A stretch of DNA of 64,000 nucleotides from Candidatus Obscuribacterales bacterium. GTDB lineage: Bacteria; Cyanobacteriota; Vampirovibrionia; Obscuribacterales; Obscuribacteraceae. Shown piece after piece: positions 59,689-64,000 of this stretch. The DNA lies in NCBI GenBank assembly GCA_965228855.1, contig CBDDIJ010000005.1:384001-448000 (forward strand), written 5' to 3'. The notes under the pieces were generated by a model that saw only the letters and a list, made by a program, of their open reading frames with translations, made no database searches and was not told the DNA's origin. Numbering within the stretch: position 1 is the first letter of the stretch; each line of letters begins with the position of its first letter. Position numbers and translations under genes: made by a program.

Positions 59689-59866
59689 GTATTACAACAT
59701 TGTGGAGGCATTCGACGATTTCGGCGAAGCACCACGAAAAAAAGCATCTTCGAAGCCGGTGATGAAAGTCGCCGGGAGAGCGGATTCTCAAAGAATTCAC
59801 TAACACAAAGAAGATTTCGGTAAGACAGAAAGGCGTCGCAAGATCGCTTTCTAGAGGGTAAGGACA

Positions 59867-60085
59867 ATGGGCACAAAAGACTCAACCGAACAAATTCTCT
59901 GGATGGCTGACTGCTATAGCCTTGCCAAGCGCTTTCCCAATCCGCACACCTGGCTATCGCTTTTAGAACCAGTTGAAGTGGCCGATGTCGAGAAGTTGAA
60001 CCCTTTTCACTATTGGCTCTGGATGGAGATATGGAAAGCAGCTCAAACGGATTCACCAGCATCGGTGCCCGTCGGCAAGGTCTAG
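59867..60085 (+). CDS. Small Trp-rich hypothetical protein
   Basis: GAGGGTAAGGA RBS; 72 aa. Confidence 0.6.
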   Translation: MGTKDSTEQILWMADCYSLAKRFPNPHTWLSLLEPVEVADVEKLNPFHYWLWMEIWKAAQTDSPASVPVGKV

Positions 60086-60310
60086 TAGCTTGAGCTAAAC
60101 GGCTGCAGACAAATGCGACCAGTTAGCTGAGCTGACGATTTTCAATCTCTCACTGACGAAGAAGCGAAGTTTCACGACGAAACTCTGCTTGGTCCAACGC
60201 GCTGTAGGACAAGACGAACTTCGAGGGATCAGCGAAGCTTTTGCATTAGAGAGGAAATGGGCGCACGGAAACGCGCTGCTCATGCCGATCGGATTGTGAG
60301 ATCGCAAAAG

Positions 60311-61384
60311 CTAGAGCGCTGGCTTGGCGCACATGAGTTGAGGTGACGGCTGCGCCATAGCCGTCACCTCAAAGTGCTTTGACTGTTGTGGTATGACGGC
60401 CGAGTCGCCGACGATGCTGTTCTCAATTCGTGCACCACGCTTAACATGGCTGCCTGACCAAATTAAGACGTTATTGAGCACGACGTCTTCTTCGATCACG
60501 CAATCATCGCCTATCACGACGCTGCCAATCAAACGAGTCCCCTTGCCGACTCGCGAGCGATTGCCAAGCAAAATTCTGCCGTCCAACTCTGCATCCTCAT
60601 GCAGATCGGCTTGCTCACCGAGGTAGGCGAGACTGTCGTTGCGTGTGGTTTTCTCCGCGGGAATCTCCACGTCGACAAGACCGTTCAACGCATCGAAATT
60701 GGACTGTCGGTATTGAGCGATTGTGCCTACATCAGACCAGTATGTTTTAAACTCGATTCCAAGAACAGGAGCGCCTTTTGCCACGAGTTCCGGAAACAAT
60801 TGACGACCAAAGCCATACACACCATCAGCCGGCATATGACTGAAAATTTCCGGCTCAAGAATATAAATTCCGGTCGACGCTAAATTAGACAGCGCCTCGG
60901 ATTGTTTGGGCTTCTCTTGAAACCCTTTGATAAAGCCATTCTCGTCAGTGACAACCACGCCGAACTGTTCCACGTCAGGAACTTGTTTTACAGCGATACT
61001 AGCGAGAGCGCCTTTGCGTTTATGCTCTTCAACAAGCGCGGTGAGATCGCAGTCCGTCAGCAGATCGCCCATCATGATGATGAAGGTGTCATCCTTGAGG
61101 AAGTCCTTGCATGCTCTGACACCACCGGCGTCACCACTGAGAACTTCCTCTTTTCGAAATTGAAGATCGATGCCGAAGCGCTTGCCGTCGCCAAAATGCT
61201 CAATAAGCTGATCCGGAAGGTAGTGCAGATTCGCAATCAAATCCTTGTAGCCGTGCTTTTTCAAAAGATTGATGATGTGCTCCATCACAGGCACATTCGT
61301 AATCGGCACGAGGGGCTTGGGCACCCTGGATGTAAGCGGGTCAAGCCTGGAACCCACGCCTGCCGCTAGAACCATTGCCTTCAT
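60311..61384 (-). CDS. NDP-sugar pyrophosphorylase, mannose-1-phosphate guanylyltransferase-like
   Basis: MKAMVLAAGVGSRLDPLT..PKP, GD, FQEKP, WSDVG; C-terminal left-handed beta-helix repeats. Confidence 0.92.
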   Translation of the reverse strand: MKAMVLAAGVGSRLDPLTSRVPKPLVPITNVPVMEHIINLLKKHGYKDLIANLHYLPDQLIEHFGDGKRFGIDLQFRKEEVLSGDAGGVRACKDFLKDDTFIIMMGDLLTDCDLTALVEEHKRKGALASIAVKQVPDVEQFGVVVTDENGFIKGFQEKPKQSEALSNLASTGIYILEPEIFSHMPADGVYGFGRQLFPELVAKGAPVLGIEFKTYWSDVGTIAQYRQSNFDALNGLVDVEIPAEKTTRNDSLAYLGEQADLHEDAELDGRILLGNRSRVGKGTRLIGSVVIGDDCVIEEDVVLNNVLIWSGSHVKRGARIENSIVGDSAVIPQQSKHFEVTAMAQPSPQLMCAKPAL

Positions 61385-61492
61385 CAGATACCTTCCTCCA
61401 CAAAAATAACGCCGGAGTTCTACTGAGCCCAAAGCGCACTGAAAGTTTGCACTAGTCAAGCAGCAGAGCGACTCATAAGATTTCTCAACAGC

Positions 61493-62932
61493 TTACTCAG
61501 TGGGCGAAGGAACTTCAACTGTTAGTGATTTTACTTTGTCCGAAATCGCCACCAGCTGGGCTTCATCACTTGCAAGTAGCTGACCGCCATTCGCTAAAGC
61601 TTGATTCATCACTTCATAGCGCGGACCGTTATTACCGAGGGTGTCGTCGTGCGACACGTACTTGTATATGTCGTGATCGAAAGCCGGAGAAAATTCAGCC
61701 CACTCACCCGGCGCGAGGTCGCTCATCGAGCGTTTGCGCTTTCGGCAGTATTCAGCCAGTGGGTCCACCAGAGAGACGGCTCTGTCTGGAGCGAAGCCCT
61801 TCTCAATCAAATATTCGATAGCATTGGCCCTGTTGAGCATGTCTAAATCGCTGGCATCGCTCATCTTCTTAGTATCGAACATCAAAGCCGGCAAAATCGC
61901 TTCGGTCAATTCGAGCACGAAGTCGAGGTTGTAGACAAGGTCGTTCAACGCAACCAGGACTTCGTTAGTTTCATGGCTGGCGCCAAACGGAAGACCTTTC
62001 AACTGATTCAGTATCTCAGACAGCTTCACGCCTAATGAGCCGCTTTTGGCACGCAAAACTTCGAGGGTCTGCGTACTTTTGCGACCGGGGAAAAAGTCGT
62101 TTTCCAGTGCGAAAACTCGCGGCAAACGCACGAAGCCGAATTCCTGCGTTGCCCACAACAGGAGTTCACCAGCCATTTGAGATAGGTGAACGCCGACTAT
62201 GGCGGCGCATGATGAGAACTCAATCAAGAAATCGAGATCGGGAATCGACTCGAAACCGTTAACGGACAGGCCGTCAAAGGCCAGACTTGATGCAACGATT
62301 GAACGGTCAAGCGGCTGATTCAATAGAATCTGCGAATCAAGATCTGACGGCAGTAAATTCACTCCGGAAAACAAATTCTTGAACCGCTCTCCGTCCTGGC
62401 GCAGACGGCTATCGGCCGCCAGGAAGAAAAACGACAACATTTCTCGCCGCTTTGGTTGCATGTGCGCGTAGGCGGGCATCATAACTTCTTCGTGAGTAAC
62501 AGCCAGTTTAATCAGATGTTTTCGAACCGAAATCATGCGCTTCAGCGTATGCACAATTGCGTCTCGCAACCAGAGGCGTACGTCCGTGAGAAGCCAGGCC
62601 TCATAGGTTCTTCCAACATTGAACCTCTCCGAAATCGTTCCGACCTTTTCGGCAAAGCGCCGCATGAACGCAGAATAAATATCGAGATCATCGTCGAGAA
62701 CTAAGCCAGTCCCGCCAGCGATTTCGTCGCCGATTTCTCTCAGCGCTCCGATCATCCGGTCAGCCACTTCGGCATGCACCACACCGCCGGACGCCAGCAT
62801 TTTCACATGCCCTATAGACGAGAGCACCTGATAAGGCGCCAGGACTTTGTCGATAGAAGGTGCTTGCGGAAACCTGCGGATCTGCGAAAAACGAGAAGGC
62901 AACTGCGGGGTTTCATTGTCTAGTAAATCCAT
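61493..62932 (-). CDS. Argininosuccinate-lyase-fold protein with degenerate catalytic motifs
   Basis: HVKMLA, DIYS, D.RLWLRD, MPAYAHMQ, HLSQMAGELLLWATQEFGFV, LKGLP; the SSxMPxKxN signature is missing. Confidence 0.8.
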   Translation of the reverse strand: MDLLDNETPQLPSRFSQIRRFPQAPSIDKVLAPYQVLSSIGHVKMLASGGVVHAEVADRMIGALREIGDEIAGGTGLVLDDDLDIYSAFMRRFAEKVGTISERFNVGRTYEAWLLTDVRLWLRDAIVHTLKRMISVRKHLIKLAVTHEEVMMPAYAHMQPKRREMLSFFFLAADSRLRQDGERFKNLFSGVNLLPSDLDSQILLNQPLDRSIVASSLAFDGLSVNGFESIPDLDFLIEFSSCAAIVGVHLSQMAGELLLWATQEFGFVRLPRVFALENDFFPGRKSTQTLEVLRAKSGSLGVKLSEILNQLKGLPFGASHETNEVLVALNDLVYNLDFVLELTEAILPALMFDTKKMSDASDLDMLNRANAIEYLIEKGFAPDRAVSLVDPLAEYCRKRKRSMSDLAPGEWAEFSPAFDHDIYKYVSHDDTLGNNGPRYEVMNQALANGGQLLASDEAQLVAISDKVKSLTVEVPSPTE

Positions 62933-62961
62933 GCCTAAGTTGTATCACAGTTGCCACCATG

Positions 62962-63000
62962 AAAAAGTAAAACGCCGATCGCTCTCTTTTGCGACCGGCG
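62962..63000 (-). terminator. Probable terminator
   Basis: CGCCG.TCGC...GCGA.CGGCG stem followed by TTTTACTTTTT on the minus strand. Confidence 0.55.
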
Positions 63001-63052
63001 GATGAAGTCATTTGAAATTATGGACTTCGTTGAGATGCGATTGACTCGCTCA

Positions 63053-63262
63053 TTAAGCGGCTTTTTGGCCTGCTTGGATTTTTTCCAGCTTCTGAATCTG
63101 TTTTTTATAGCGATTGAACTCTTGTTTGTATCGCTTCTGAACTTGTTTAGGAACTGGCACCTTTTCGTTTTTCAATGCCATATTGATTTTTACTACCCCT
63201 GCTTCTTCTACTTCTTGTTTCAATTCGTCCAACATTATTTGAACTCTAGTTAATCCTATCAT
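63053..63262 (-). CDS. Small basic helical hypothetical protein
   Basis: AAGGA RBS before ATG 63262; Lys/Gln-rich; start uncertain (frame open to 63364). Confidence 0.5.
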   Translation of the reverse strand: MIGLTRVQIMLDELKQEVEEAGVVKINMALKNEKVPVPKQVQKRYKQEFNRYKKQIQKLEKIQAGQKAA

Positions 63263-63735
63263 AATACGATCCTTCTGGATATGTTTAAACCATCCAGCTG
63301 GCGCTGATTTCGACATATCCATCAGATAGCGCGACCACTTTTCATCGATGCAATCATCGAGCAAACTTCAGGCAGCGATCGAGCTGGGCGGCATTCTTAG
63401 ACGCTTGAAAAGCGCCTGAGCCCTGTCGCCTGGCTTGCGCTCCAATTCAAAAACACGGTTCAACGGCCTAAGTTCCGATAACTAAGCGACCTTCGACGCT
63501 CGTCTCAGGTGGTCTCTTGATTACACGCTTCAGGCAAATCTCGCCATAGGCTCTCACGTTCCAGCAAAATCACGTCAGGTAGCCGAAGGTAATTATCTGA
63601 TCTTGATATTAAGAGTCTTCCAGGCCAAAGGTTTGACCTTACGCTCAAGTGGTAATTAAAAGTAATATAAAAGAAACCCGTTCGGTTGCAGAAACGCATT
63701 TACTACTTTCGCTCGCGAAGACTGTCCCCCTAGCT

Positions 63736-64000
63736 ATGAAGCTGTGCCTGGTATGTAATTTTCAAACCGCTGAAGATCAGGACATTTGTCCTCGTGACGG
63801 CTCGTCTATGGTCACCGTTGGTGATGACCCCTTATTGGGGATGGTTGTCGAAGGTCGTTACAAAATCCAGTCGGTAATAGGGCAGGGATCTGCCGGCACT
63901 GTTTATAAAGCAGTGCAAGAACTCATTGGACGCGAGGTCGCCATTAAGGTACTGCACGATTACCTCGTGTCTGACGACGAATTTATTAAACGTTTTCGTC
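63736..64000 (+). CDS. Ser/Thr kinase with N-terminal Zn-ribbon, truncated by the window end
   Basis: Translated by hand: MKLCLVC...CPRDG...RYKIQSVIGQGSAGTVYKA...VAIKVL...FIKRFR. Confidence 0.88.
   Translation, partial: MKLCLVCNFQTAEDQDICPRDGSSMVTVGDDPLLGMVVEGRYKIQSVIGQGSAGTVYKAVQELIGREVAIKVLHDYLVSDDEFIKRFR

Noticed and set aside
59750..59800. c-di-GMP-I riboswitch suggested by the GAAA-capped stem
   Set aside because: The flanking GCAAA/GRCGCAAA and tetraloop-receptor consensus are absent; kept only as an unknown structured candidate
60095..60307. 70-aa minus-strand ORF after the NDP-sugar synthase
   Set aside because: No RBS or family features; cannot be supported
63360..63420. In-frame TGA (63370-63368) upstream of the small ORF as selenocysteine or readthrough
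   Set aside because: No redox motif or family similarity, and no recognisable SECIS

Overview
64 kb of bacterial chromosome, about 50% GC, dense with housekeeping genes: rplS-rbgA-rnhB, nrdR, rluB-rodZ-rimO, coaBC, metG, mreBCD-mrdA, an accC-BCCP fusion, ispF, groES-groEL, cobT. Signalling genes are interspersed (four Ser/Thr kinases, two diguanylate cyclases, TPR, LRR and J-domain proteins). Cyanobacterial-type Hfq, CobT and J-proteins, no photosynthesis genes, and many kinases and TPR proteins suggest a non-photosynthetic Cyanobacteriota relative (Melainabacteria/Obscuribacterales-like); this is an inference. I found no rRNA, tRNA, CRISPR array, transposase or prophage. Most notable: (1) an expanded STM4011-STM4015-type radical-SAM/ATP-grasp/hydrolase/LRR cluster (45.3-54.2 kb) coupled to a GH18 protein and an N-terminally truncated PspA, whose missing amphipathic helix may be encoded by an overlapping upstream ORF, and ending in a SWIM-DNA ligase-WGR fusion; (2) five exact and two near-exact GTAG-N8-CTAC palindromes at 7.48-7.90 kb between divergent small genes; (3) an argininosuccinate-lyase-fold protein with all three catalytic signatures degenerate; (4) several candidate structured RNA leaders. 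All family calls come from recognising motifs by eye; no searches were run.
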